From Nitrospirota bacterium (lineage in GTDB: Bacteria; Nitrospirota; UBA9217), in contig CAWFSF010000006.1 of NCBI GenBank assembly GCA_963818475.1, forward strand, positions 928,001 to 992,000: 64,000 nucleotides of DNA. The letters run 5' to 3'. This document shows, one piece after another, positions 1 to 9,894 of the stretch. Both the position numbers and the translations under genes were made by a program. The notes beneath the pieces are model-generated. The model saw only the letters and a program-made list of their open reading frames with translations, was not told the origin of the DNA and did not search any database. Each line of letters opens with the position of its first letter. Within the stretch, counting starts at the first letter, position 1.

Positions 1-3
1 GAT

Positions 4-636
4 GTGCGATCCCGGGCATGGTACAACCCTGAGCTCAAAAGCAAGAACTACAACGTACCCGGCGTCATAGCCATGGTGATCATGCTCACTTCGCTGCTCC
101 TCACCTCCATGGCCATCGTGCGGGAGCGCGAGATCGGGACCATGGAACAGCTCATGGTCACGCCGCTCCGGCCCGCTGAACTGATCCTGGGGAAGACGAT
201 CCCTTTTGCCTTGATCGCGATCTTCGATGTCGTCCTGGTCACCGTCATCGCATCGTTGACCTTCCATATTCCGATCAGAGGTTCGCTGCTTCTGCTCCTG
301 CTTTGCACCGTTATCTATCTTTTGTCCGTACTCGGGATCGGTCTTTTCATTTCCACCATCGCAAAAACACTTCAACAGGCCATGATGGCCACGTTTCTCT
401 ATTACATGCCCGCGGTGCTCCTGTCGGGGTTCATGTTCCCCATTGAGAACATGCCGCCGGTTTTTCAGTATGTAACCTATGTGAACCCGCTCAGGTATTT
501 TCTGGTCATCATCCGCGGGATCTTCCTGAAAGGGAATGGCATCATCAGTCTCTGGCCGCAGATGGCGGGCCTCCTCGTGCTCGGCATTGTGATGATCACG
601 GTCAGTTCGCTCCGTTTCCGGAAACGGTTGGGATAA
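4..636 (+). CDS. ABC-2 type transporter permease (YbhR-like), 5' truncated by window edge
   Basis: Motifs NPELKS, REREIGTMEQLMVTP, LLSGFMFPIENMP; multi-TM. Confidence 0.9.
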   Translation: MRSRAWYNPELKSKNYNVPGVIAMVIMLTSLLLTSMAIVREREIGTMEQLMVTPLRPAELILGKTIPFALIAIFDVVLVTVIASLTFHIPIRGSLLLLLLCTVIYLLSVLGIGLFISTIAKTLQQAMMATFLYYMPAVLLSGFMFPIENMPPVFQYVTYVNPLRYFLVIIRGIFLKGNGIISLWPQMAGLLVLGIVMITVSSLRFRKRLG

Positions 637-811
637 GATAGTTCAACCCGTACCCGATGCCCCCCCCTTTATCTGTGTTATATTTTAAACATTCGTTCAG
701 TATTTGCATGCTGATCATTATTGTGAAAAGCTCTATGAATAAATTATGAATTTATTATAGAATGAATAAATTATACACACAAAGTTGCTAAGATAAACAA
801 GGAGGTGCGGA

Positions 812-1513
812 ATGACAAAGAAAACAGCATTCTGGATTTTTTTTATCGGAACGGTTTCCTCGGCAGTTATATTCTTGTGGCTGACCTGGGACACCCATCG
901 CCAGGTCGAGGCGCTGTCCCACGTTGACAAACTTTCGGACAAAGTCGTCGAAGGGAAAAGAACGTTCGAAAAGTACAACTGCAATGACTGCCATACGATC
1001 CTGGGGTTCGGCGCATATTACGCGCCGGATCTCACCAAGGTCGTCCAGCGCATCGGCGAGGAAGGCATTCGTTTCCGGGTTAAAGAGCCAGCCAAGGCCC
1101 TGGCCTCCTCGTGGCGAAAGATGCCGGATCTGAAGGTCTCGGATGCCGAGATCGACAGCCTCGTCGCATTCTTCACCTGGGTCGGGAACATCGAGAATGG
1201 GGACTGGCCTCCGCAGGACAGCAAAAAGCGCCTCTCCCGCAGCGAAGAGCGGATGGTCGCGGGCGTGGGAGTGTCGCCGGGCGCCGCGGTCTTTCAATCT
1301 CGAGGATGCATGAACTGTCATTCCCTGCACGGCACCGGCGGGACCTTTGGCCCGGCACTGGATACGATCGGTCGGAAACTGAACCTTGAGCAGATCGAAC
1401 ACTATATCCGGGACCCCAAGGCGGTGAACCCCCAAGCCATGATGCCGGCCCAGACAACGCTCTCCGAAAAAGAACTCGAAGAAGTCGCAGGGTTCCTGGC
1501 GAACTTAAAATAG
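812..1513 (+). CDS. norC: Nitric oxide reductase cytochrome c subunit with extra C-terminal c-heme domain
   Basis: N-terminal TM, CNDCHTILGFGAYYAPDLTKV (NorC signature), second motif CMNCH; RBS AAGGAGG; precedes norB. Confidence 0.9.
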   Translation: MTKKTAFWIFFIGTVSSAVIFLWLTWDTHRQVEALSHVDKLSDKVVEGKRTFEKYNCNDCHTILGFGAYYAPDLTKVVQRIGEEGIRFRVKEPAKALASSWRKMPDLKVSDAEIDSLVAFFTWVGNIENGDWPPQDSKKRLSRSEERMVAGVGVSPGAAVFQSRGCMNCHSLHGTGGTFGPALDTIGRKLNLEQIEHYIRDPKAVNPQAMMPAQTTLSEKELEEVAGFLANLK

Positions 1514-1519
1514 GAGGAT

Positions 1520-2854
1520 ATGATGGAATACCGTTCACAGAAAATAGCTTACTGGTATTTTGCCATTGCCCTGCTCCTGTTCACACTCCAGGTCGTCATG
1601 GGACTCTGGCTTGCATACAGCTACAGCTTTACCGTGCCGCAGTGGATCGTGGATAATTTCTCATTTGCCACAGCGCGCGCCATGCATACGAACCTTCTGG
1701 TGCTCTGGATGCTGCTCGGGTTCATGGGAGGCACGTATTACATCGTGCCCGAAGAGACGAAGAGCGAGATCTATTCAGCGAAGCTCGCCTGGTTCCAGCT
1801 GGTCGCCCTGGTCGCTACGGGAGTAGTTGCTCTCGTGGGTTTTGTATTCGGCTGGACGCAGGGCCGCCCGCTCCTGGAAATACCGACGTCCCTCGATCTT
1901 GTCGTGGTCGTGGGCGCACTCGTATTCCTGTTCAATGTCGGGATGACCATGTACCTGGCGAAACGCTGGACCGTGATCCAGGGCACGCTCCTCGGCGGTC
2001 TGCTCTTTCTGGCGCTCCTGTACCTCTTCGGAATACCGTTCTACCGGAACGAGGTGATCGACTGGTACTACTGGTGGTGGGTCATCCATCTCTGGGTGGA
2101 AGGCGCCTGGGAACTCGTAACCGCGGCCATTTTCGCGTTTGTGCTGATGAAGCTGACCGGAGTTGACCGGCAGGTAGTCGAGAAGTGGCTGTACGTCGAG
2201 ATCGGACTTTTTCTCTTTACCGGCATCGTCGGGACGGGCCATCACTACTACTGGATCGGCGCGCCCAAGTACTGGCTCTGGTTCGGCGGGATATTCTCGG
2301 CCCTTGAACCGCTTCCGATCCTGCTGATGCTCATCGACACCATGAACCACGTCAAGAAACGTGAGACGAAGATCGTCAATCCGCTCACCTGGACCATTGC
2401 GATCGGCTGCGCGGTGATGCACATGATCGGCGCAGGGATATGGGGCTTTATGCACACGCTGCCGCAGATCAACTACTATACTCACGGCTCGCAGGTCACG
2501 GTCTCACACGGACATCTGGCGTTCTTCGGGGCCTATGCGCTTCTGAATATCATGGTCTTCTATTACGCCATGCCGAAGATAAAGGGGATCGAGGTTTATG
2601 ATGATTCCCGCGGAAAAGTCGCTTTCTGGACCATGTCCACGGCGATGATGCTCATGGGGCTCTCGTTCGGCATCGCCGGCGTCGTGCAGTCCTATATCGA
2701 GCGGGTGCTCGGCATGGGATATATGGTCGCACAGTCCTACATGCGGCTCTGGCTGGGCGTAACATTCTTCCTGGGTATCTGTTTCTTTATCGGGGTCCTG
2801 ATCATGGTCACCGACCTGCTGACCCTCAGGCCAGCCAGGAAAACATCAGGATAA
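1520..2854 (+). CDS. norB: Nitric oxide reductase large subunit (cNOR)
   Basis: HTNLLVLW, WWWVIHLWVEGAWE, GTGHHYYWIG, SALEP, HGHLAFFGAY motifs. Confidence 0.95.
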   Translation: MMEYRSQKIAYWYFAIALLLFTLQVVMGLWLAYSYSFTVPQWIVDNFSFATARAMHTNLLVLWMLLGFMGGTYYIVPEETKSEIYSAKLAWFQLVALVATGVVALVGFVFGWTQGRPLLEIPTSLDLVVVVGALVFLFNVGMTMYLAKRWTVIQGTLLGGLLFLALLYLFGIPFYRNEVIDWYYWWWVIHLWVEGAWELVTAAIFAFVLMKLTGVDRQVVEKWLYVEIGLFLFTGIVGTGHHYYWIGAPKYWLWFGGIFSALEPLPILLMLIDTMNHVKKRETKIVNPLTWTIAIGCAVMHMIGAGIWGFMHTLPQINYYTHGSQVTVSHGHLAFFGAYALLNIMVFYYAMPKIKGIEVYDDSRGKVAFWTMSTAMMLMGLSFGIAGVVQSYIERVLGMGYMVAQSYMRLWLGVTFFLGICFFIGVLIMVTDLLTLRPARKTSG

Positions 2855-2863
2855 AGAGTTCTT

Positions 2864-3052
2864 ATGATGAAACAACCCGTTGTGAATCAGGATCTGTGCA
2901 TCGGCTGCGGACACTGTGCCGAGGTCTGTCCGAAGGTTTTTGAGCTGGCGGACGAAAAATCAATGGTGGTAGGACCTGACAATTGCGATACCTGCAACTG
3001 TCAGGAGGCCATCGATACCTGCCCGGTGCAGGCGATCAGCTGGAGCGAGTGA
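2864..3052 (+). CDS. Small ferredoxin (single 4Fe-4S type)
   Basis: CIGCGHCAEVCP...AIDTCPVQAI. Confidence 0.9.
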   Translation: MMKQPVVNQDLCIGCGHCAEVCPKVFELADEKSMVVGPDNCDTCNCQEAIDTCPVQAISWSE

Positions 3053-3098
3053 GCTTTTCCGTAGGAATAAAAAAGAGAATGAAGAAGGATGTGCAGAA

Positions 3099-3567
3099 AT
3101 GGAAATGAGCGTCCCCGGACCGTTGAAGGAGGAGCATGACGAACTTCATGCAGAGCTAGTTGCTGCTACCAAAGCTGGTGGAAAAGTGAGCGAAGCAGCC
3201 CGTGCCGTTGCAAAGTCACTGCATCCCCACTTCGTCAAGGAAGAGGAATATGCGCTGCCTCCGCTCGGGCCTGCTGATGATGCTGGCAGATGGCGGGACG
3301 CCCGCGGATATCCCTGCCGTCATTGCCATGACCGACAAACTGAAGAATGATCTTGCTCATATGCTCCATGAGCACAAGGTCATCGTCGGAGAACTTCACA
3401 AGCTCATGGAGGCTGCAAAAATCGAAAAAAGACCTGAATTTTTCCATTTCGCGGAAAAACTGAAGCTGCACGCGCAGACCGAGGAAGAAGTTCTTTATCC
3501 AGCCGCTATTATGATCGGAGAGTATCTGAAACTCAAACTTAAAGAACAAAAAAGGAGCTCATCATGA
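3099..3567 (+). CDS. Hemerythrin/HHE-domain protein, frameshifted near 3268
   Basis: EEHDELH, HFVKEEEYALPPLG in one frame; MLHEHK, HAQTEEEVLYP in the next. Confidence 0.75.
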
Positions 3568-4202
3568 AAACGTGGAAGACCGTGGCGAGAGTGGCATGTA
3601 CGGTTGTTTTATCGTCGGGTCTCTGGCTGACCATTCCCGGCGTCGCATCGGCACATTGCGATACCCTCGATGGCCCGGTTGTTATGACTGCCAAAGCGGC
3701 ACTCGAAAAAGGCGATGTCACGCCGGTCCTGAAATGGGTAAAAAAAGATGACGAAAAAGAAATACGGGATCTATTTCAGAAAACGATAGTAGTCAGAGGC
3801 AAGGGGAAAGAGGCAAAGGAACTTGCGGACAGGTTCTTCTTTGAGACGCTTGTCAGGATCCACAGGGCTGGAGAAGGCGCCCCGTACACGGGATTAAAAA
3901 GCGAGCCTGCTGAACCCATTATTACCGCTGCGGACAAAGCGCTGGAGAACGGCTCAGCGGACGATCTCGTAAAACAAGTAACCGATGCCGTGGCCAGAGG
4001 GATTCGCGAGCGCTTTGAGCATGCTAAAGCAACGAAAGTCAATGCCGATAAAAATGTCGAGGCGGGTCGGGAGTTCGTTGAGGCCTATGTGGTTTTTACC
4101 CACTATGTGGAACGGTTGCACGAGGATGCCTTGGCCGGTGGCGCCCACCACAGCATGAAGAGTGTGACGAAGGCTGAAGGTATGGAAGGCCATCAGCATT
4201 GA
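3564..4202 (+). CDS. Exported DUF6448-type protein
   Basis: Signal peptide ending ASA, then HCDTLDGPVV; FFETLVRIHRAGEGAPYTGLK; His-rich tail. Confidence 0.75.
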   Translation: MKTWKTVARVACTVVLSSGLWLTIPGVASAHCDTLDGPVVMTAKAALEKGDVTPVLKWVKKDDEKEIRDLFQKTIVVRGKGKEAKELADRFFFETLVRIHRAGEGAPYTGLKSEPAEPIITAADKALENGSADDLVKQVTDAVARGIRERFEHAKATKVNADKNVEAGREFVEAYVVFTHYVERLHEDALAGGAHHSMKSVTKAEGMEGHQH

Positions 4203-4261
4203 TCAGCGCTTAGCAATGCAGATCGTGTTTACAGCAACGTGATCAACTGTCACAAGATGAA

Positions 4262-4291
4262 GCTCCTGGTTATTGCAGGGGCATTTTTTTT
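4262..4291 (+). terminator. Rho-independent terminator after nor operon
   Basis: GCTCCTG...CAGGGGC stem followed by T8. Confidence 0.6.
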
Positions 4292-4628
4292 GCTTACCCG
4301 AATTTTAAAGTGCACTGCTAATTTCCTGGTTATCATCAATGCCATCTTCTATATGCTATACGGAAAACGGTATTGCTCTTCGCTGGCCGTAGAGAGCTCA
4401 AGTCCTTTTTCCTGGTGTTAAGGTCCTGACGCTCGGTTCTCTGAAATTCAAAAAACGGTTTGACTGGAAGGGCATGCATGCATAAGCCTTTTTTATGACA
4501 GGATGTGCTATAGTTGACCAATAAAGCTCAGGACTCAACGCTCCAAAAACGTGGCAGGACGCTATTATTCAATCTTTTCGAGCAGATAGGCCGGGGGAAG
4601 TATCTGTCTACCGAACTGAAAAAATCCC

Positions 4629-7082
4629 GTGAAAATACGTTCAATCATAATCATATTTGCAGCTCTCGCATTCCTCACCTCAGCTGTGGGGGGCTCTCTG
4701 TACTATTTTTCGATGAAAAAGAGCGCTGTCGCGGAACTGCACAAAGAAACGGCCGATACACTGGACGATATGGCCGGACGCATTTCCCTCTACTTCGAGT
4801 ATTATCAAAAAATCGCCGCCTCATTGTCGGGACTGAAAGAAATACGGCGGGCTCTTGTGATAAAGCGGGGGAGCACCTTGAGCGAGGCAAATGCGATTTT
4901 GTCCCAATTTCAAAAGAACATCGGCGTTGAGGTCTGCTATCTCATTGATCGTTCCGGAACGACCATCGCTTCTTCGAACGACGATACACGTGAAAATATT
5001 ATAGGAAAGAACTACGCCTTCCGGCCATATTTTACCAGCGCGCTTGCGGGAGATCCAACCGTTTATATGGCTCTTGGCGTGACCTCGGGAAAGCGGGGCG
5101 TGTATTACAGCCACCCTATACACGACGAGAGCCGCTCAAAGGTGATCGGCGTGATCGTTTTGCAAGCATCCGTTGATTATCTGGAACAGGAGCTGAAAAG
5201 ACAATTTGACGGCGTGATGGCCATTACCAATGCACAGGGCGTCATTTTCGCGTCCAGTCGAGAAGGCTGGCTGTTGCATACCCTCTGGAAAGAGGCCCCT
5301 GACGTGCTGTCTGAGATCGCATCGACCCGTCAGTTTGGGAGCGCTGCCCTGAACTGGACAGGACTGGAAAAGATCGATCAAGGGCATGCTCGTGATGATG
5401 CAGGCCACCGCTACCTGATCCACGAGGCAGCGATCCCGAGCTGTCCGGGCTGGAAGGTGCTGTTTCTGCATGACCTGGGCATCATATCGAGCAAGGTATC
5501 GGGCGTGATGCTCAGGCAAACCGGTTTCATCATCATACTGATCTGCCTCGGCATCGGCGTGGTGAGCCTCGTGCTGTACCGTAAAGCGAACAGCGAGATC
5601 CTGAAACGAAAAAAAATGGGCGAGGAGATCAAGAACATAAATACCACCCTGCAGGCCATGATCAAGGCATCGCCGCTGCCGATCGTGGGTGTTGATGCCG
5701 CCGGCGCCACCGTGTTGTGGAACCCGGCTGCGGAGAGGGTCTTCGGCTGGTCCGAGCAGGAAGTACTTGGACGGCCGCCGCTCATCGTTCCCCGGTACCT
5801 TCAGCAGGAGCATATCTCTATCCGGAACAGGATCATCGACGCTGACACGATAACGGGAGTGGAAACGCGGCGTATGAAAAAGGACGGCACACTGATCGAT
5901 GTTACGGTCTCGTCAGCGAACATCCATGATGACCGGGGAACAAGCGTGGCAGCCATGGGGATCTACGAGGATATCACGGAGAGCAAGAAGGCCGAGGATG
6001 AGGTCCGGTTCCTTGCCGCGATCATCCAGGACCTGCCTGATGCAGTATGCGCCATTGATACCGCCGGCAGAGTGGTAACCTGGAACAACGGCGCAAGCAG
6101 AATGCTGGGGTACCGCCCGGATGAGATGATCGGCAAACCCATAACGACCGTTATCCCCGAGGACATAGCGCAACAGGAATTCGACCACTGTTTGACGCTC
6201 TTGAATAAGGATGGTTTCTTTTCCAAATACGAATCGGTCAGACTGGCCAGGGACGGCAGGATGGTACCGGTGGAACTCACCGCTGTTGCGATAAAGGACC
6301 GGACGCAGACGATCACCAACTATGCCTCGATCATGATAGACCTGAGCGACCGCAAAAAAGCTGAAGAGGAGCGGCTGAAAGTTCACGTGCTGGAGTCGAT
6401 CGGATTCCTGGCAGCAGGGATCGCCCACGACTTTAATAATCTGCTCAGCATCATTCTGGGAAACATTCATATCGCCAAAATGTCGCTGCCGTCGGACGAG
6501 AAGGCCTATAGCAGGCTTACCGATGCCGAAGGCGTCATTGACCTCGCCAGCGAGCTGAGCAGGCAACTGCTCACCTTTGCCACCGGCGGCGATCCCCGCA
6601 GAATGCTGATGCCGCTGTCGGGCTTGTTTGCCGATACGGTCACGGCGCTGTTGAAGGGCTCGACGATCCAGGCGGTATTTGACCTGCCGGATGACCTCGC
6701 CGATGTTTCTATCGATGAAGGACAGATGAAGCAGGTGATCAACAACCTGGTGATCAACGCGACAGAGGCGATGCCGAAAGGCGGTGCGCTCACGGTCCGG
6801 GGAAGAAATATCGAGGTATCTTCACAGGACAGCCTACCGATGCGCGAAGGTCGCTACCTGCAGCTGTCGATCAGCGATACCGGCGCCGGAATCCCGGCTG
6901 AAAACCTGGCCAGGATCTTCGACCCCTATTTTTCCACGAAGAACACCTACAACCAGAAGGGCCTGGGGCTCGGCCTTGCCGTGTGTTATTCGGTCATCAA
7001 AAAGCATGACGGCCTTCTTACCGTCGAATCGGAGGTCGGCAGGGGTACGACCTATCATATCTATCTTCCCGTCACCTCCTGA
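4629..7082 (+). CDS. Sensor histidine kinase (Cache, two PAS, HisKA, HATPase)
   Basis: Two TM helices, NYAFRPYF Cache motif, PAS motifs, GIAHDFNNLL H-box, N/G1/F/G2 boxes. Confidence 0.92.
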   Translation: MKIRSIIIIFAALAFLTSAVGGSLYYFSMKKSAVAELHKETADTLDDMAGRISLYFEYYQKIAASLSGLKEIRRALVIKRGSTLSEANAILSQFQKNIGVEVCYLIDRSGTTIASSNDDTRENIIGKNYAFRPYFTSALAGDPTVYMALGVTSGKRGVYYSHPIHDESRSKVIGVIVLQASVDYLEQELKRQFDGVMAITNAQGVIFASSREGWLLHTLWKEAPDVLSEIASTRQFGSAALNWTGLEKIDQGHARDDAGHRYLIHEAAIPSCPGWKVLFLHDLGIISSKVSGVMLRQTGFIIILICLGIGVVSLVLYRKANSEILKRKKMGEEIKNINTTLQAMIKASPLPIVGVDAAGATVLWNPAAERVFGWSEQEVLGRPPLIVPRYLQQEHISIRNRIIDADTITGVETRRMKKDGTLIDVTVSSANIHDDRGTSVAAMGIYEDITESKKAEDEVRFLAAIIQDLPDAVCAIDTAGRVVTWNNGASRMLGYRPDEMIGKPITTVIPEDIAQQEFDHCLTLLNKDGFFSKYESVRLARDGRMVPVELTAVAIKDRTQTITNYASIMIDLSDRKKAEEERLKVHVLESIGFLAAGIAHDFNNLLSIILGNIHIAKMSLPSDEKAYSRLTDAEGVIDLASELSRQLLTFATGGDPRRMLMPLSGLFADTVTALLKGSTIQAVFDLPDDLADVSIDEGQMKQVINNLVINATEAMPKGGALTVRGRNIEVSSQDSLPMREGRYLQLSISDTGAGIPAENLARIFDPYFSTKNTYNQKGLGLGLAVCYSVIKKHDGLLTVESEVGRGTTYHIYLPVTS

Positions 7083-7124
7083 TCCTGATGGAGCTGCTGC
7101 GCAATCGGAAAAAAGGAGATATTC

Positions 7125-7313
7125 ATGAAAAAACCGATGATAGATGCCGATGTTTGTATCGGATGCGGTCATTGTGCAGAGGTCTGTCCACAGGTGTTCG
7201 AACTGGGGGATGATGAAAAATCAACCGTGATCGGACCCGATCAGTGTGGATCCTGCAACTGCCAGGAGGCGATCGATACCTGCCCGGTCCAGGCCATCAG
7301 CTGGAGCGGTTAG
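7125..7313 (+). CDS. Small ferredoxin, paralog of 2864..3052
   Basis: CIGCGHCAEVCP...CNCQEAIDTCPVQAISWS shared with first copy. Confidence 0.9.
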   Translation: MKKPMIDADVCIGCGHCAEVCPQVFELGDDEKSTVIGPDQCGSCNCQEAIDTCPVQAISWSG

Positions 7314-7343
7314 AGGAAAACCTGAATCGTGACTGGTTTGTCC

Positions 7344-7373
7344 GGGGGTGCAGAAACAGCGCACTCCCTTTTT
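7344..7373 (+). terminator. Rho-independent terminator
   Basis: GGGGGTGC...GCACTCCC stem then T-run. Confidence 0.6.
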
Positions 7374-7539
7374 ATTTGCCGTTTCGGCACAATTACGCCC
7401 GGAGCGTGATCACCACAATATATTTTCTTGCCATTTATAATCTCCTGTAGTAACTTCATACAGGCTCAGCGCATACTATCGATGCCGGTTATGCCTATGC
7501 ACGCTGTACTTTAAAATCTGAACCCTGACTGGTGCTGCC

Positions 7540-8361
7540 ATGTGTGACCTCTGTACAAAACACGGTGAAGGAAAGATCTGGTACAAAAATGCCAGGAACT
7601 ACGCTCAGGACCTCCTGTCCGACCTTGAACGGCGCCGGTATATCGAGAATTTCCTGTCCTCGGCATTCAGTGAAGGGTTCCAGACCCTGGGGCGGCTCGA
7701 AACCATTTACCGGAAAAAAGGCAAGCTCCCCGAAGCGGTAAAGACCGCCATGGTCACCAAGGCAAAAGCCGAGCATTACGGCCAGGTTCTGCCCATCGAA
7801 GAGATCAGCGACGTGGTGCGCCAGGCCAAAACCGTGGTGCGCATGCCCTGTGCCTGCCGGTGGAACATCGAGAAAAAAGAAGAGCGTTGCTGTTACGCGG
7901 TCAGCTACGGTCCCGAGGCCTGGTACCAGGGCATCGATATGGGCTATTTCGGCAAAGCCTCCGATGAGGGGCTGGAATCCCTCTCTCCTGATGACGCCAT
8001 CGAACAGATGACGGCCATGGAGGCAGGGGGCTCGGTCCATACGATCTGGACCATGATGACGCCCTTCATCGGCGCGATCTGCAACTGTTCTCCCGACGAC
8101 TGTCTTGCCATGAGGACGCTTTCCCGCACCAGCGTGGAGACCATGGAGCGGGCTGAGTATGTGGCGCGGGTGGACGAAACGCTCTGCAGCGGCTGCGGGC
8201 TCTGCGCTGATCGATGTCATTTTCTTGCCATTGACAGCCACCGTCATAGCGGTGCGTCCCATGCCCACATCGATCCGCACAAGTGCTTTGGCTGCGGCTT
8301 ATGCCGCGGGGCGTGCAGCACCGGGGCGATCTCGCTGGTGTTGCGGCAGGGTAGCGTTTGA
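7540..8361 (+). CDS. 4Fe-4S dicluster domain protein
   Basis: MPCACR, ICNCSPDDC, CSGCGLCADRC and CFGCGLCRGAC. Confidence 0.85.
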   Translation: MCDLCTKHGEGKIWYKNARNYAQDLLSDLERRRYIENFLSSAFSEGFQTLGRLETIYRKKGKLPEAVKTAMVTKAKAEHYGQVLPIEEISDVVRQAKTVVRMPCACRWNIEKKEERCCYAVSYGPEAWYQGIDMGYFGKASDEGLESLSPDDAIEQMTAMEAGGSVHTIWTMMTPFIGAICNCSPDDCLAMRTLSRTSVETMERAEYVARVDETLCSGCGLCADRCHFLAIDSHRHSGASHAHIDPHKCFGCGLCRGACSTGAISLVLRQGSV

Positions 8362-8385
8362 ACGTATACAGAAAGGTCCCTGGCA

Positions 8386-8895
8386 ATGCGGAGCATGACG
8401 ACGATGCAGGCCTGTATGTGGTGCTCACAGAATATCGGTACAGCAGAAAACAGGGTTGAAAGCCTTCTGTGCGGCTGCTGTATGGAGCATTTCTCACTAC
8501 CGCCCGGCGGGCCGATCCAGAAACACCTCGACGATTTATTATTCCCGGTCCTCGGTGTCGAACTGTATGCCGGAAAACATATGATAACCAGGGTCGTGAA
8601 CAGTAGCGCCTGTGCCTGGCTGAACAAGGATCCGGTGGAGATAATTCGGCATCTTACCGGCAATGTCATTGAGTGCGTCCATGCCCGCCTTCCTGAGGGA
8701 TGCGGAGGCGCTCTGCCGTGCAATGCCTGCGAAGTCTTGCGTTCAGTCGCCGGAACCGTTAAGACCGGCGAACCTGGGATCGCGGTCCCGGCGATGCTGC
8801 AGCGGGAAAATGCCGGTCATCCCATTGGAATGATGCTCAGGCTCACGACCATGAAGGCAGGCGGTCTGGTTCTGTTGCGGCTGGACACGCAGTGA
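8386..8895 (+). CDS. Cys-rich hypothetical protein (start may be 8404)
   Basis: CMWC, CGCC, GNVIECVHARLPEGCG..CNAC; in operon context. Confidence 0.65.
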   Translation: MRSMTTMQACMWCSQNIGTAENRVESLLCGCCMEHFSLPPGGPIQKHLDDLLFPVLGVELYAGKHMITRVVNSSACAWLNKDPVEIIRHLTGNVIECVHARLPEGCGGALPCNACEVLRSVAGTVKTGEPGIAVPAMLQRENAGHPIGMMLRLTTMKAGGLVLLRLDTQ

Positions 8896-8929
8896 TCCAT
8901 GAACTCCGCTCTGTTCGAGGTACTATCCT

Positions 8930-9334
8930 ATGACTATGACCCTTAAAGAATACTTCCAGAGTGTCAGCGGCACCGGCATCCTGTCGACGGCTGACAGCGC
9001 GGGCGCGGTCAATGCAGCGGTCTACTCCAAACCGCATGTGCTCGATGACAGGACCGTGGCCTTTGTCATGCGGCAGCGCCTGACGCACCACAACCTGCAG
9101 TCGAACCCCTTTGCCGCTTATCTTTTTCTTGAGAACGCCCCGGGACACCAGGGGCTGCGGCTCCATTTAAAAAAGCTGAGGGAAGAGACCGATCCCGCAG
9201 CTATCGAACCGTTCCGTATGCGGCACCTGTCCCCTGAAGAGGAACTGAAAAGAGGGCCCACTTACCTGGTCATGTTCACGGTAACAAAGGTTCTTCCGTT
9301 GAGCGGGAGTGGAGAGGCGAAGGCCGGATTGTGA
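8930..9334 (+). CDS. Pyridoxamine 5'-phosphate oxidase-like FMN-binding protein
   Basis: GILSTAD..G.VNAAVYSKPH, RLTHHNLQSNPFAAYLF. Confidence 0.8.
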   Translation: MTMTLKEYFQSVSGTGILSTADSAGAVNAAVYSKPHVLDDRTVAFVMRQRLTHHNLQSNPFAAYLFLENAPGHQGLRLHLKKLREETDPAAIEPFRMRHLSPEEELKRGPTYLVMFTVTKVLPLSGSGEAKAGL

Positions 9335-9816
9335 CTGTCGGGAGAGGCACCATGAGGAGCACTATGCAGACAATGGGGAAAACAGGAGCAGTACTGATCA
9401 TGACGATCGTCGTGGCAGCGTGTCAGCAGACGCCGCCGCAGGTCAGCATCGAGGATGCGAAAGCGGAAATGTCGCCGGCCATCGTGGGCGAGGCCATCGT
9501 GTCCCTCAAGATCGTGAACCAGGGCGGCACTGACGTGTTGACGGGCGTGAGGACGGATCTTGCCGGAGCCACGGCGTCGTTTCATGCAATGCAGGGGCCG
9601 CGCATGGTGACCGTGGATACCATGCCTGTTCCTGCCCGGGAGACCCTGGACCTGAAACTGGGCGGTTCGCACATCATGATAGAGCATATGGCGAGGGCTG
9701 TGAAAGAGGGTTCTTTGCTCACGATCACCCTGGTCTTCAAAAAATCCGGCGAAAAACAGCTGCAGCTTACGCTCCAGAAAGCCCCGTCCCTGCGCATGAA
9801 CCAGAGCAGCCGCTAA
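9331..9816 (+). CDS. Copper chaperone PCu(A)C family lipoprotein (start may be 9352 or later)
   Basis: Lipobox VAAC; H..M...M and GGSHIM motifs; TLVFKKSG. Confidence 0.8.
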   Translation: MTVGRGTMRSTMQTMGKTGAVLIMTIVVAACQQTPPQVSIEDAKAEMSPAIVGEAIVSLKIVNQGGTDVLTGVRTDLAGATASFHAMQGPRMVTVDTMPVPARETLDLKLGGSHIMIEHMARAVKEGSLLTITLVFKKSGEKQLQLTLQKAPSLRMNQSSR

Positions 9817-9894
9817 CTGCCGGGGTTCACGTTGCGCAGTCTCGCAGCCGCATGCAAATTACCGAGCAAATCGTGGCAGGTTTATAACTCCTTT

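Noticed and set aside
738-756. AT-rich palindrome AATAAATT-ATG-AATTTATT upstream of norC
   Set aside because: Expected by chance in an AT-rich region; no match to NsrR/DNR/NorR consensus that I can support
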